A DNA stretch of 64,000 bases from Callorhinchus milii (taxonomy: Eukaryota), in the NCBI RefSeq assembly GCF_018977255.1, contig NW_024704742.1:94180001-94244000 (forward strand), given 5' to 3'. Positions 36,370-49,124 of the stretch are shown piece by piece. The translations under genes and the position numbers were made by a program. How positions within the stretch are numbered: the first letter of the stretch is position 1; each line of letters begins with the position of its first letter. The notes under the pieces were generated by a model. That model searched no databases, was not told where the DNA came from, and saw nothing but the letters and a program-made list of their open reading frames with translations.

Positions 36370-36777
36370 TGTCAGCCTGGCTCAATTGGTAGCATTCTCA
36401 TCTCTGAGTCAGTAGGTTCTTGGTTCAAGCTTTACATCCAGACTTGGAACTCAGATAGTCTAAGATGACATTCCATTGCAGAGCTAAGGGTGTTGGAAGT
36501 GCCATCCTTTGGATGAGACATTAAACTGAGGTCCAGTCTGCCTGTTCAGGTGGATATTAAAGATCCTATAGCACAGGGAGTTTCTCCTTGTGTCCTGGCC
36601 AACTAACCCGCAAATAAAATTGGTTCATTCACTTCATGGCTGTTTGTGTGACATTTCTATGCTCAATTGGATGCTCCATTCACTCACACAACACAGTCAC
36701 AGTAATTTACAGTAATTCCTATGAAGCGCTTTGGCACATCTGCCAGACATGAAAGACATGTTAGGATCATTATTACT
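36370..36777 (+). mobile_element. Ancient full-length Deu-domain SINE
   Basis: tRNA head (ggctcaattggtagc...ggttcaagc), Deu motif gaagtgccatcctttggatgagacattaaactgaggtcc, and an L2-like tail tgaagcgctttgg...attatta. Confidence 0.75.
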
Positions 36778-39199
36778 CTTAAAAGAGTAAAAATGTGTTC
36801 TGAGTAAAAAAAAGCACTGAAAAGTTACAACTTTGTTTTAAACAAATCAATTGAGCTGAGTAATCATGTCAACCAAATGGAAGAGAAGGTAACAATTTCC
36901 CAACAGAAAACGCTTGGATAATCACAGGAAAGGCGGGCAAGGGTAGGACAGTGTAGAAGGTATTACAAAGCTTCTGTACATTCTCCAAGAATGTCCCTTT
37001 CTGCCTCTTTCACTTTCAAAATAGAAGAACACAAGGATTTCTTCCATGAATGATGGAAACGTAATATTGTACAACCAAAATGGTGCATTTTTTAAAAGGC
37101 AAAAATAAAATCTATTGTTATCTCTCAGTTAAGCAGCTACAGAAATGCCTTCTACAGTAATGCTTACATTTTAACCCTTAAAAGCCACTTTAAACATAAC
37201 ATGGAGCATCAGTAATCATGTTGTATCATATAAGTGAATGATAACTCATTCTTGAATCTTTCTAGACCTCGCGCCTTTGTAACATTTTTCTAGTTTCAGA
37301 GCAAGAAAAAAATCCTCTTGATTGTCTCAAAGTGCAATAAAAGAAAATGTGTCATTTGGAGCATCCACACACAAAAAGCACACATACATATCTGACCTTG
37401 AATAGAATGTCATTAAATGGAAAAGGAATAGAACTTTCAATATACCACAAAAATTCACTAAAAGTCATTTCCTCTTTTCATTTCATCATCACAATATATT
37501 TAGAGTCAGCTTCTATATAATGCATTTTTTTTATTTATTTGAGATCACTGAAAGGAAAGGGGGTGAAAGAACATATGAGGCAAGACTTTTCAGGACAACA
37601 ATAGAGACGTCCAGTCAGTAGTCATAGCAGCCTTAGGTGAGTTATAAGAAAGTAGCAGGTTCAAGGTTGGAAGCACACAGGTAAAAAACAAAAGTTTGAA
37701 CTTGGTGACTTTCATGCAAGGAGAACATCTCAAAGCGCTTAGCAAAGACTGGGTGGGAGCCTGTATTGGGTAGGGGGAAAGCAGTTGAAGAGTCAAAGAG
37801 ATACGCATTTAAAAGGGGTTTGAAAGCAGAGGGGAATAACAATAATAATGTTTGCATTTGATATAGTGCCTTATCACATCTTTGAGATGTCGCAAAATGC
37901 TTCACAGAATATTTTAAAGGCTGAAAGCTCATCTGTCAATGGTGGGGGGAAGCGGGGTGCAGGCATGAAGCAACAACAACATCTTGCATTTATATAGTTC
38001 CCTTCAAGCGGGGCAGCATCTCGGAGAGCTTGAAGTGCTTCAGAACTGGCGGATCGGAGAGAGTAACCAGGGACTAGAGGGGAGCAAGGCCATGGAGGCA
38101 GTTGAAGGTAAAGATAAGGATCTTAAAGTCAATCTGCTAAAGCATATGGTTAGGGTTAGCGAAGGAGCGCCTCATGCGGAAAAGGATGTGGACTGCAGAG
38201 CTCTAGTGATCTGGAGCTTGTGGATAGTGGAGCTGATGAGGCTAGCTGAGTGGTGCCTGGACTGCCAAATCCAACAAGAGTTTTGGCTGTGTTGGGGTGA
38301 GGTAATCGCATGGCCAGTGTTGTTGTAGAGATGCAGGAAAACAGACTTGGTCACAGCTAGATGAAAAGAGAGTTCAACAAGAAGCTCACATTTCCCATTG
38401 GCTCCATGATTTGGAATGAGAAGCCAGGGATATTGATACCTGAGGTGAGTGGTGCTGATAAGAGCCGAACAGCAATGGCCTCAATTTTGTTAATGTTGTG
38501 TAAAAAAAAGGCCTAGATTCAGCACAGAGTTGCAGCCTCAGGTACGGCACTAAGGATTGCAAGTGTTGAATTAATGGTTTTATTTTCTCACTTCAACATG
38601 AAAGTTATAAATATTCAATGTTATCTGGAAAGGTACTAGAATGAGGATAATTAGCTATATATATTCAATGTGAAGGTTTCAAAGCTAAGCTTCAAATCGC
38701 TTGCTGAAGTGCTTAAAGGCTTGGTAAATTCAATTTGCTTTTAATAGTACAGGATCCTAATTTGGAGAAATGCTTCAATGGAACCACAGCTTAAAAAAAA
38801 AACTGACAAAATAACGCAAGTCAATGTTTGCAAGCCAAGAATGAATGAAAGTGAGCCCCAAAACCGATGCAATTTAAGGTACAGCATTAATTGTTCCCAA
38901 CTCCCTCTAGGTTTGAGAAATTATGACTCATAAATACCAAATTATTCTTGCTCTGTGGGAACTAACAGATTAATTATCACCAGATGTTGTGAGAATGCCC
39001 ACTCATCAGTCAATTCTAGAATGCATACTTGAGGCAATTTCCTTCTGTTTATCATCAAAATATCCTAAACTGGCTATTTTAGAGATTTGCGCATAACAAT
39101 GAGATTAACTAAAAATGTTTGCAGACTCTTATTGTTAGACTTCTTGTGTTCATAAACATATTGCTTAGTGTGGTACTAAGAACAGATATCAGGAAGATT

Positions 39200-39480
39200 C
39201 CAGTTTCCACTGCAGCCGTTGTTGAGTTAGTTCCAAGCCATGATGCAAGTAAGGTGCTAAAATTGTCCACAATGCCCCCGGGATAGGAAGGGGGGAAACA
39301 CTAATCAACCCAGCGTCATGTTCCTGATCACTAAGTACCAACTGACTATTGCTGGAGAAGACACACATGTGGATATCAGATATGCGGAGTATCAGGTTCA
39401 ATTGTGAAACCCTCCAGAGTTGAATTGTCTGCCAACACTCCCTATCTAGGATCACTCAAGAACGGCCAGTTGAGTGAGAC
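39200..39480 (+). repeat. Old SINE-like dispersed repeat (second diverged copy, reversed, at ~34520-34810)
   Basis: Loose similarity between 39370-39470 and the reverse of 34530-34620; family not identified. Confidence 0.35.
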
Positions 39481-40423
39481 ATTAATGTGACACTTTGCAG
39501 ACATAGCACCTTTGGGTAGGACGAAAGAAAAGAGAAAATTGGAAATTCCTATAACAGTGCTCCACAATTACCCAAGTTTGAAGGGAATGAAGCTTCATTC
39601 AGACTATCAATTAGATTCAAAAATAGAGTATAGGAATCCGAGAGCTTCAATTATTATAAAAACAAATTGGCAAGGTAATTGAGGTGTCATGAATGATTTT
39701 TTGGAGGTGTCTGAGATATGCGATGAGCCAGGATAGTTGAACTACGATCAACAGTACCCAGTGGTACTGTAGACCAACTCAGGAACTGGACTACCAAGAC
39801 CACCAAAGATGGCTAATTTAATTCCGACCTTCTGTTGCCAACCACGTCACCTTGAAGCCACTTCAGCTCCAAGGTATGAAAGGGAGATTCCTTTATTGTT
39901 ATTAATACATATCCATGTTTTACTATATCCTATTCACTTAATATGTGAAATGATTAACAAGAAATTCCATCACTGACTTATTAAAGTTTAAGAAAAGTAT
40001 ACAAGAAAAGAAAAGTTAACAGGCCAATACAATAGAAAATGGCTTACTTTTTCCTAATGAACCAAATAATACATTTACCAGTTATCCACAAGTAAAAACC
40101 GTTATAGTCATTGCTGACTGGAAGTACCATTTAGGAACAAAGACGTTTTTTGTAACTGTTCACAAAACTCTTCAAGTGTGATGAGAATAATAGATCTCTC
40201 ACAGAGAAGCAAACAGCCCTGCAAATAGAAGGCCCTTGTTTGTGAATTATAGGCTTTATACACAATATAGATTTAAAACTTACTGACTCTAGCATCAGGA
40301 AATAAGAGTATAATCACAAACTTATTTATTACTGGAGCACGCAAAGCAGAAATAAAAATATAGCATGAAATAAAACCACCACATTTGCAGAAAAAATAAT
40401 GAACTGCGCAATTGTAACAATGT

Positions 40424-40748
40424 GGAGTCCTGTAGCTCAGTGGTTAGAGCACTCGCTTTGCAAGTGAGAGACCTGAGTTCAATTCCCGGCAGAGGGCGAA
40501 ACCTTGGGCAAGTTTCCTTACTCCACACAGAGCCTAATAATAATCGCTCAAAAAACCAAAAACAATAATAAATTGGTCATTTTCAATCTACGACTGTTTG
40601 TGGGACATTGCTGTGCGCAATTGGCTGCCGCGTTCGCCCACAAATATACAGTCAATTCACTTTACAGTGTGTTCTGTGAAGCGCTTTGGGACGTCCTCCA
40701 GACGTGAAAAGCGCTATATCAAATGCAAGGATTATTATTATTATTATT
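40424..40748 (+). mobile_element. Young tRNA(Ala)-derived SINE with an AATGT target-site duplication
   Basis: aatgt at 40419-40423 and 40749-40753. Confidence 0.93.
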
Positions 40749-41639
40749 AATGTACCGGTTTCCCTCAGCTTAGGTGACTCCCATCAGCATTCACTAAGCA
40801 CTGTTCTAATCGAGCTGCATAGACTATGTCAATCAACAAGGAAGAAGGAAATACTTTGAAATGAAATGCTTTTTTCATAGCACAAAATGTGACACAGAGA
40901 CTACTCAAGTCTCTGGATGGATTGATGTTGATCCAATTTAATAATCTTTAACACACTGGAGGTCATACTAAACAATGATTAAGATCATGTCCAGATTTGT
41001 CTTGCATAACACAACTTTTTTCCTGCTGTTGCTGTGTTTCTTTGGTGTGTTTTTCTGTATACAACGGCACAGACACAATAAAATTATGGAATTAACAAGC
41101 TGTTGAGATGGTTTGATGCAGGGTCAAAACAAAGCAATCGTAACACACTGCTTTCTTTTAAGGTTCCCTGCTCCTGCCTCCAATGTGCTTTTTATCTCCC
41201 AGTTATCTAGAACATGAATGTCTCTTTGATCACTATCAATACTGTTTAAGAATCTGTGATCAGCCAATGAAAGATATATTATGGCAAGCGCTCCTTTTTG
41301 TATTTCTCCATAAACCCTATCCCCATCCCCTGCATATTATATATGCATATAGACACACACATTTGTGGTCCTCATGGCTGTTGAGAGCAGTATGCAAAGA
41401 TTTGAAAAATAGTAGAAATAGTCAGGTTTCTTATGTTTTACAAATGTTCCACCATTAATTGACTGCATACATTGCTTCTAGCAAAGGTCGATCATTCATC
41501 TTTCCAGGACAAAGCTAGTTTACACTGGTTAAGTTTCAAACTGTTACTCCAGCTGGAAACTCATGACCTTTAGGATTTTGACTTGTAGGTTAAGGATCTT
41601 CCTACACCTTCAACTGTCCTGCAGTGGAGGAGGGGAAAA

Positions 41640-42145
41640 GTAAGGGAGGTCTGCTTCGCAGCTGTACTGGCTCCAAGGTGATATGTTTAGCAACAGAATA
41701 TCAGAATCAAACCAACCCTGCCGCATTTTTGGTAGTCTGGTTCCTGGGCAAGCGGGTCCACAGCACACCAGAGCACTTGTCATGATGTTGCTCATCAACA
41801 ACAACAACAAATTATGTTTGTATAGTGGCTTCCACGTCAGTTGGACATCCCAAGGTGTTGAATCAACAGGGTTTGGAGGGGCAGACCTGTCACTGGGGAT
41901 AGGGATTCTTTCCACTCAGCTCCTGTTAACCCTGCAAGCCAAAACACTGAAGGGTAGGGTGGTCCTAGTTGGACAAGCAAAGGGCAAGCTTGCCGTACAA
42001 GGCTGTCAAAAGACAAGCTATGTAAGTTTAGCTGGTTGGACTCCAGCTAACTTTGGAATCCCCCAAGTCTTGGCTATGCTTAATACTCTCCAGAAATGGG
42101 TAAACAGGAAGCAGCCCTCCAGGGATAAAGTGCACATTCCATTTA
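41640..42145 (+). repeat. Unclassified dispersed repeat with an L2 tail inserted at ~41796-41870
   Basis: Collinear with 44560-45020. Confidence 0.75.
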
Positions 42146-42154
42146 AATACCCGA

Positions 42155-42517
42155 AAATAATCCTTGCATTTGATATAGCACCTTATCACGTGATCGAGAT
42201 GTCTCAAAACACTTCACAGGACTTTGCTTGTGAACGGTAGTGACTGCATTTATAAGGAAACAGGACAGCCACTTTGGACACAGCAGATTCCCACAAACAG
42301 CCATGAATCGAATGACCAAGTTTATCTCAGGATTGTTGGACAGGACACAGGAGAAATTCCCTTCGATTTTCAAATAGTGTCATGGGATCTTTAACATAAA
42401 CTTGAACAGGTACCTAAGTTTAACATCTAATCCGAAGAACGGCACCTGTGACGACTGCAGCACCTATCCCCCACCCCAAACTCTTTAATGGACTGTCAGC
42501 CTACACTGAGTTCAAAG
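42155..42517 (-). mobile_element. Ancient Deu-domain SINE
   Basis: Tail aatccttgcatttgatatagc and Deu-like gtttaacatctaatccgaagaacggcacc. Confidence 0.65.
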
Positions 42518-44539
42518 TTGAACGGATAATTGAAATGCATTGATTGATATCCTTTGCCGATTTCAATCCACTCTAGATTACATCTGGCTGATTTGTATTA
42601 TTAACAAACTACAACAGATAAGACTTAACGGTGCAACATTGATTCTACAAGATTACGAACAGCCACTTATGCTGATATTGAGCGCATCAAACTGAGCAAC
42701 GGATAAGTAGATCGCCATCTATTGGCCAGTCATTGGCATGTGCCGTCAAACCCATTATAGTAAATTACAGTAAACACCCCCACCTCACCATTCTTGCTGG
42801 CCTTCACTGGCCAGGCAGGGATATCGACTTTGACTCGGTTTGAATCCTGTGAGCAGAAAATACATCTTCTACTTGTGGGATTTAAACAGTTACCATGCCA
42901 GTAAATGCTGGCAGTGTAATTACACTTAGCTGGAAATTCCAGCACCCCAGACCAGATTTTTCCCCATTGGTCTGGCCAGCCAGAGCTTCTAGTGTATTCT
43001 ATTAAGTATTTCATAACGTTTTGATCTCCCAATGCACATACGTGCATCAGACAGAAATATATTTTCTTTTTTTTAATATTTTTATAATTTAAATATTTTT
43101 TGCTGTGAGAAATCTTGATGACGGGATAAGGCACTACATCAAATGCAAGGATTATTATACAGTATTATTATAATATTAGAGAACAGCCAAGTGAGACTGG
43201 GAATATTTGAAGTCCGATAACATATTTGAAGTATTAAGTGATCTTTGTTGAGCCACTATTCTTTTAATACTGTAACTTGAAGTTCTGAAATCTATTTGGC
43301 ATTTTACAATCCAACTCACTGATGTTCCAGCTGATATTAAGTCTACGACCACCCACACATAAACAATTTATCTCTGAACCCTGCTCTCCCCTTCCTGCAA
43401 CCTCATGTCCCACAACCACCCCTCAACTCCAAAACCACTCCCATTACGTTTTGTTTTTTCATGAACTTTTCAAAGAAAACAGCAGATGTTTAATGAAGCA
43501 GTGGTTAAGTGCAGCAATGAAGGAGGCCACCCTGCTGAGTTTTAATTGGAATCATCAAAATAGCTGTTTTATAGTGCCAATCACCATCCTACTTGACTAA
43601 TATTATATCATCACTAAAGACATGACATCAAATGTTCCTCATTTTCCAAACAGCAAACCATGGAAAAAACAACCTTTTTTTGCAGAGCAGCTGTTGTGAA
43701 AATTATGGATTAACTCAATCTTGAACAGGTGCCAAAAGGCAATTTATTTTAATAATGGGCAAATTTATGTGCTACACACTGCAGAAGAATTAGCAAAATT
43801 CTTACAAGGCCAAAACATCACTATGTAACATGACCAAAAATAGGAGAAAATTATAACAGGGTCCAAGAGTTCAGCTGTGAAAGTATAGGTTCCTTCTTTC
43901 AGAGCTTTTGAAGATCCCTTTGAATTTCTTTCTACAGTTTCTAGCTGAGATGATTTCCATTCACAATTCTGTTTGTGCCATCTGCTGCGTGTTACTATAA
44001 ATATTGACCCATCTAATAAATTCATACCAGAATTCAGAATGCTAATAGCTTTCACATTCAGCCTCATCACGAGCTATTACACAGCCACCATCATATAGAG
44101 GTCACTCAACTTCACATCTGACAGCTTTCTAATTGCTTTAATTGTCTCTCGCAACAACCTACTCACAGCGGCACGGACCAACCCTTGAACTGCCACTTAC
44201 CTCACAGCGTCTTGTAACTGAACCTTCCTGCTTGCAGAAAGGTTTACTGCAAATGGTAAAACGGGTGCAATTTGCCTATTGGAAAACTGTTAAGCTTCTT
44301 GCAGTTGGTTGGCACTTCTGATTAGACCAATAGTAATGTCTGTTAAAAATGAAGAGCTGCTCCCTAGGAGCTGTATCGCTTTAACCAGTATTTTACTGAA
44401 AGGCATCATACGTATGAGCTTTGCAAGCAATGTTAGGAAATGTTTTTTTTACATATACAATGTAGAAAAACGCAATCAAGCTACAAATAGGCACAGAGGA
44501 AGGAAGCTTTATGTTCTCATTTTTATACTATTCTCCTGG

Positions 44540-45062
44540 GGGTGAGGTGGGGAAACGGGGTCTCCTTGGAGTTGAACTGGTTCCAAAATGACCTGCTTGA
44601 CAACAGAATGTCAGAATCGAGCCAGCCCTCAGTGGCGGTCTCGGTAATCTAGTTCCTGACCCAGGCGGGTCCGCAGTATTCCAGGGCAATGCTGATAACA
44701 GCACAGCCAGCCTGGCTCATTGGAAGGACCTGGAAGGGCAGACCAGTCACTGAGGACAGCGAGTCAGCCCACTCAGCTCCCTGTTAACCCTGCAAGCCAA
44801 AGCTCTAACGGGTAGGGTGGTCCTAGCTGGACAAGCAGCGGGAAAGCTTGCCAGACAGCAATATTAATGGCAAGCTATGCAGTTTTAGCTGGTTAGACTC
44901 CAGCAGTCCTCTGACGCACACTCCCCAAGCCTTGGCTCTTGCCAACCTGCGCCTAATACTTTCCAGAATTAGGTAAGCAGGATGCGTCCCTCCAGGGAGA
45001 GAGTGTGCATTCCATTCCAGCAATCTGTCTCTGGATTTCCATGTGTAGTTGGGATGCATCCC
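44540..45062 (+). repeat. Best-preserved copy of the unclassified ~0.6 kb dispersed repeat
   Basis: At least 7 related copies in the window; no tRNA head, TIR or ORF recognised. Confidence 0.8.
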
Positions 45063-45348
45063 GTTAGGTGTTTGACCCTGCACAGTTCAGCACTTTGTGA
45101 CTTTACATAGATGATGCTATATAAATGCAAGTTGTTATCATACCTGTACACCTCAAAATTACAGTCACTGTACTCAAATAGATGCTATTTATTTTTTCCA
45201 AAAACACATCAAATGGACAATATTTTCACTATGGTGCAAGGGTTTAAAATATGAGACTGAAATTCCATCTAAAACTATTTTTTTCTTAAAGTTTGAGTTT
45301 TCACAGAATTGTGGAACATTTTTATCTTCAGTTTCCATTGGGAAGATG

Positions 45349-46930
45349 ATTTTCGGCCCATCTCCAACCTCCCCTTTCTCTCCAAGGTCTTGGAAAGAGT
45401 TGTCGCCTCCCAACTGCGCTCTTTCCTTTCCACCCATTCTCTTTTCGAACCCCTTCAGTCAGGTTTCCGTGCTGCCCATAGCACAGAAACTGCCCTGGTC
45501 AAGGTCACCAATGATATCCTGACCATCTGTGACCAGGGCTCCCTCTGTCTCCTCGTCCTCCTCGACCTATCGGCAGCATTCGATACGGTCGACCACGCTA
45601 TCCTACTCCACCGCTTGTCCTCCCACCTCAACCTTCAAGGCACTGTCCTTGAATGGTTTAAGTCGTACCTTTCTCACCGTCTTCACTTTGTCTCGACGAA
45701 TGGCTTCTCCTCCATCCCCCGCACTGTCTCATGTGGTGTCCCTCAGGGCTCTGTCCTTGGTCCCCTCCTCTTCACCCTCTATATGCTCCCCCTTGGTGAC
45801 ATCATCCGCAGACATGGAGTTAACTTCCACATGTATGCGGATGACACCCAACTCTACCTTTCCTCCTCTACTCTCAACTCCACGACCACCGATGTCCTGA
45901 CAGCCTGCCTGTCCGACATCGAGTCCTGGACGAGAGACAACTTTCTTCAGCTCAACGTGCGAAAAACCGAGGCCCTCCTGATTGGCTCACGTCAGCGCCT
46001 CCGCACCTCAGGCGCTGACACCATCAGCATCCAAGGCTGCACTCTCCACCTCTCAAAGCCAGTCAGGAACCTCGGCGTTTTGTTCGACCCTGAGCTGTCC
46101 TTTCTCCCTCACATCCGCACCACAACTGGCACCGCCTTCCATCACCTCCGGAACATCGCCAGACTACGGCACTACCTCACCCCTCACGCTGCTGAAACCC
46201 TGGTTCACGCCTTTGTCACCTCAAGGCTGGACTATCGGAACTCTCTCCTCGCCGGCCTTCCCGCCACCTCCCTCCACAAGCTGCAGGTCATTCAGAACTC
46301 TGCAGCTTGTGTACTGTCCCGCACCAGGCTTCGGGACCACATCACTCCCACCCTCGCTCGCCTCCACTGGCTCCCCATCCCCCAGAGGATCGAATTCAAG
46401 ATCCTCATCCTCACCTACAAGGCCATTCACGGCCTTGCTCCCTCCTACCTCTCCGACCTACTATCCCCCTACCTACCTGCCCGTACCCTCCGTTCCTCTG
46501 GCTCCGGTCTGCTCCACGTCCCCCGCCCCAACCGCCTTACCATCGGTGGTCGGGCCTTCAGCCTCTCAGCCCCCAGGCTCTGGAACTCTATCCCCCAGTG
46601 CCTTCGCCGCTTCCTCCCTTTCCTCCTTCAAGGCCGGTCTCAAAACCTTTCTCTTTGACCGAGCCTTCAGCTCCCCTCTCGACTCTCTTCCCCCTCCTCG
46701 CTCCCTCCCTTCCCTCCCCTCACCCTGACCATTTCCCCCCCCTCCTTGCTCCCTCCCTTCCCTCCCCTCACCCTGACCATTTCCCCCCTCCTCGCTCCCT
46801 CCCTCCCTCACCCTGACCATTTCCCCCTGCTCGGGTCATGACCCAACTGTCCAGCGCCTTGGGACGTCCTCCTGACGTGAAAGGTGCTTTATAAATGGAA
46901 TCTTGTTGTTGTTATTGTTGTTGTTGTTGT
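45349..46930 (+). mobile_element. Young 5'-truncated L2 LINE with an open RT domain
   Basis: 449-aa ORF (45309-46658) with [38 protein letters not shown] and YADD; 3' stem-loop and (GTT)n tail. Confidence 0.95.
46692..46827 (+). repeat. Triplicated ~45 bp pyrimidine-rich unit in the L2 3' UTR
   Basis: cctcctcgctccctcccttccctcccctcaccctgaccatttcccc x3; only one unit in the 20636-21083 copy. Confidence 0.85.
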
Positions 46931-49124
46931 TTCTTAAAAAGTAAGCAGCTTTCAAATTAAGAACAAATTTAAGAATTTTACAAAGTTTTTGTGACATTGA
47001 ATCTTAAAGACAAAATGGTCTTATACAACAACATCAACTTGGACTTATATAGAGCCTTTCACATAGGGAAAATGTCTCAGCATTATTACTTAAGACCAGC
47101 AGTCAAGATGGTCATTAATAGAATTTAACAACAACTTGCATTTATATAGTACCTCTCACAAAGGTTGGAGCGCTTAATAGAATTTGAATGAAGTTAGTAG
47201 CAAATAGAAAATAAATTATTTGTAATTTTTGTAACAAATTTGCAATTGTTCCACTTGCTGCAGCCACACATTTTTGAAGGAAGGAATTACATGAAGACCT
47301 ATAAAAATGCATTTTGATTTTAAATGTTTGCCACATATAAAGTGATTTACATTTCTGCAAAAAAACCTTGGAAACAGATGAATCATTCATATTTCCTGTC
47401 AACCATATGTCTATATTTTGGGAGCAGATGCTGATTTAAATAACCTGAAAAGTTATGTTTAATTCTGTAAGGCAACAAATTCATATTGTTTATGAGAATT
47501 GCACAATTATTCTAGAAAAAAAGCATAATAATTTCACAAAAATATTTAAATATTTCTATGCAAAATCAAAATCTCAAACATTGTTGATGCCTCTAGTAAA
47601 GGGACCAGCAACACAGACCCATCGTCTATTTGACAAGCACTGAAAAGTGAATCAACTTCAAGTTTCTCACTCTCACCTACAAATCTCTTCACACCCTCAC
47701 ACCTCCCTACCTCTCTAATCTTCTCCAGCCTCATTCTCCTGCTTGCCCCAAACTCACTCATGCCTTGCATTCCCCACCCACTCCAACTACCATCAATAAC
47801 CAACCCTTCCTCTAGAACTCCCTCTCTCAGTCTCTGCGTCTCTCACTTAAGCGACAGGTGACAGCAAGTTGGAACAGACTTTGTCCCAGGCTTATCAGAA
47901 TCTGCAGGCTGAAGGCAAGTTACCATCTGCTGATTGCTATTGTAATAGACTCCAACTAGCTCTGACATTACAGCAACTAACAAAATAAGACATGTTCTTT
48001 CTGTATGGGGCATGTTCACCAATAATATTGCTCTTCTTGCCACTGGCTTATTTTGGGTGTCCATCTGCTACTATCCTTCTCCAAACATCCAGGTAGTTTG
48101 GAGAGATCAAAAAGCCTCAGCATTAATTTTCCTCAGGGAGTACAACAGCAACCACTACAGGTCAAATAGCTCCTTTACCAAAGGATTTTCACAAGCTACT
48201 GGAGGTTTAGATCAATTGTACACATTCCCAAAGTAAGGATAACAAAGGCAAAAATAATTCCTTATAATGAAAAGATTGGCGAACTGTGATACAATACCTT
48301 AAAATGCACTCATGTAACCTCACCTGACAAATTACAATAAAGGTCTTGTTTTTATGTACACATCTCAAAGACACTGCCCCACATAAAGGGCACTATATTA
48401 ATGCAAATGTTTGTTGGTCTCAAATCCCTTTTACAATTTCTTGATGAGCTTCTCTAGGGAAGGGAAACTGGTTTTACAATGGAACAAATGTGAAAGTATC
48501 AATCAAGTTCTTCTCTAGACCTCACTTACTCTTTGTCTCCCAATGGATAGATTTCAAGTCATTACCCTCACCTATGAATCCATTGGCACGTACCTCCCCA
48601 TCTCTCTGATCTTCTCCTGCCCCACTCCTCTGCTTGCTCCTTCCACTTAGCTAACTCCCTGCCTGCTCCATGCCACCATCGATGGCCAAGTTTTCATTTT
48701 CTATGCCCTTAACCTCTGGAATGCCCTCCCTCTATCACACAATCTTATCATTTTCTGTCTTTACGTCCCACCTTAAAACCTACCTCTTTGAGAACACCTA
48801 CTGCCACCTCCCCCTTTCTTTATCTCTCCTGCTCGGCTTCTGACTCCATCATTGTAAAGCGCTCTGAGATGTTATCCTACATGATGAGCGCTATATAATT
48901 GCAAGTTGTTGTTATTAATCAGTTACAGGACAAAACTGACAATACTTCAGGAGTAATTTCCAACCTCACACAGTACTGATGTAGGAATAGAAAATGTCAT
49001 ACTGGTGCATGAATGGGTGCTCTTTTGGGTTGAAATGAAGGTAAATTGTTTGAGCGGAGTAGGGGGAGTCTTCTGCATCTAACCCCCTAATATCTAACCT
49101 GGGAAACCTGATATGTAATGACCT

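Noticed and set aside
1803..38765. CArG boxes (1803, 17682, 23950, 28801, 38756)
   Set aside because: About five in 64 kb is what AT-rich sequence gives by chance, and they are not clustered.
42730..43134. 134-aa minus-strand ORF
   Set aside because: No recognisable domain, a non-ATG start within a SINE-tail remnant, and a low-complexity AT-rich N-terminus.
45309..46658. 449-aa ORF as a domesticated RT gene or active LINE
   Set aside because: It is a 5'-truncated L2 lacking the endonuclease and promoter; the N-terminal residues come from flanking DNA with a non-ATG start.
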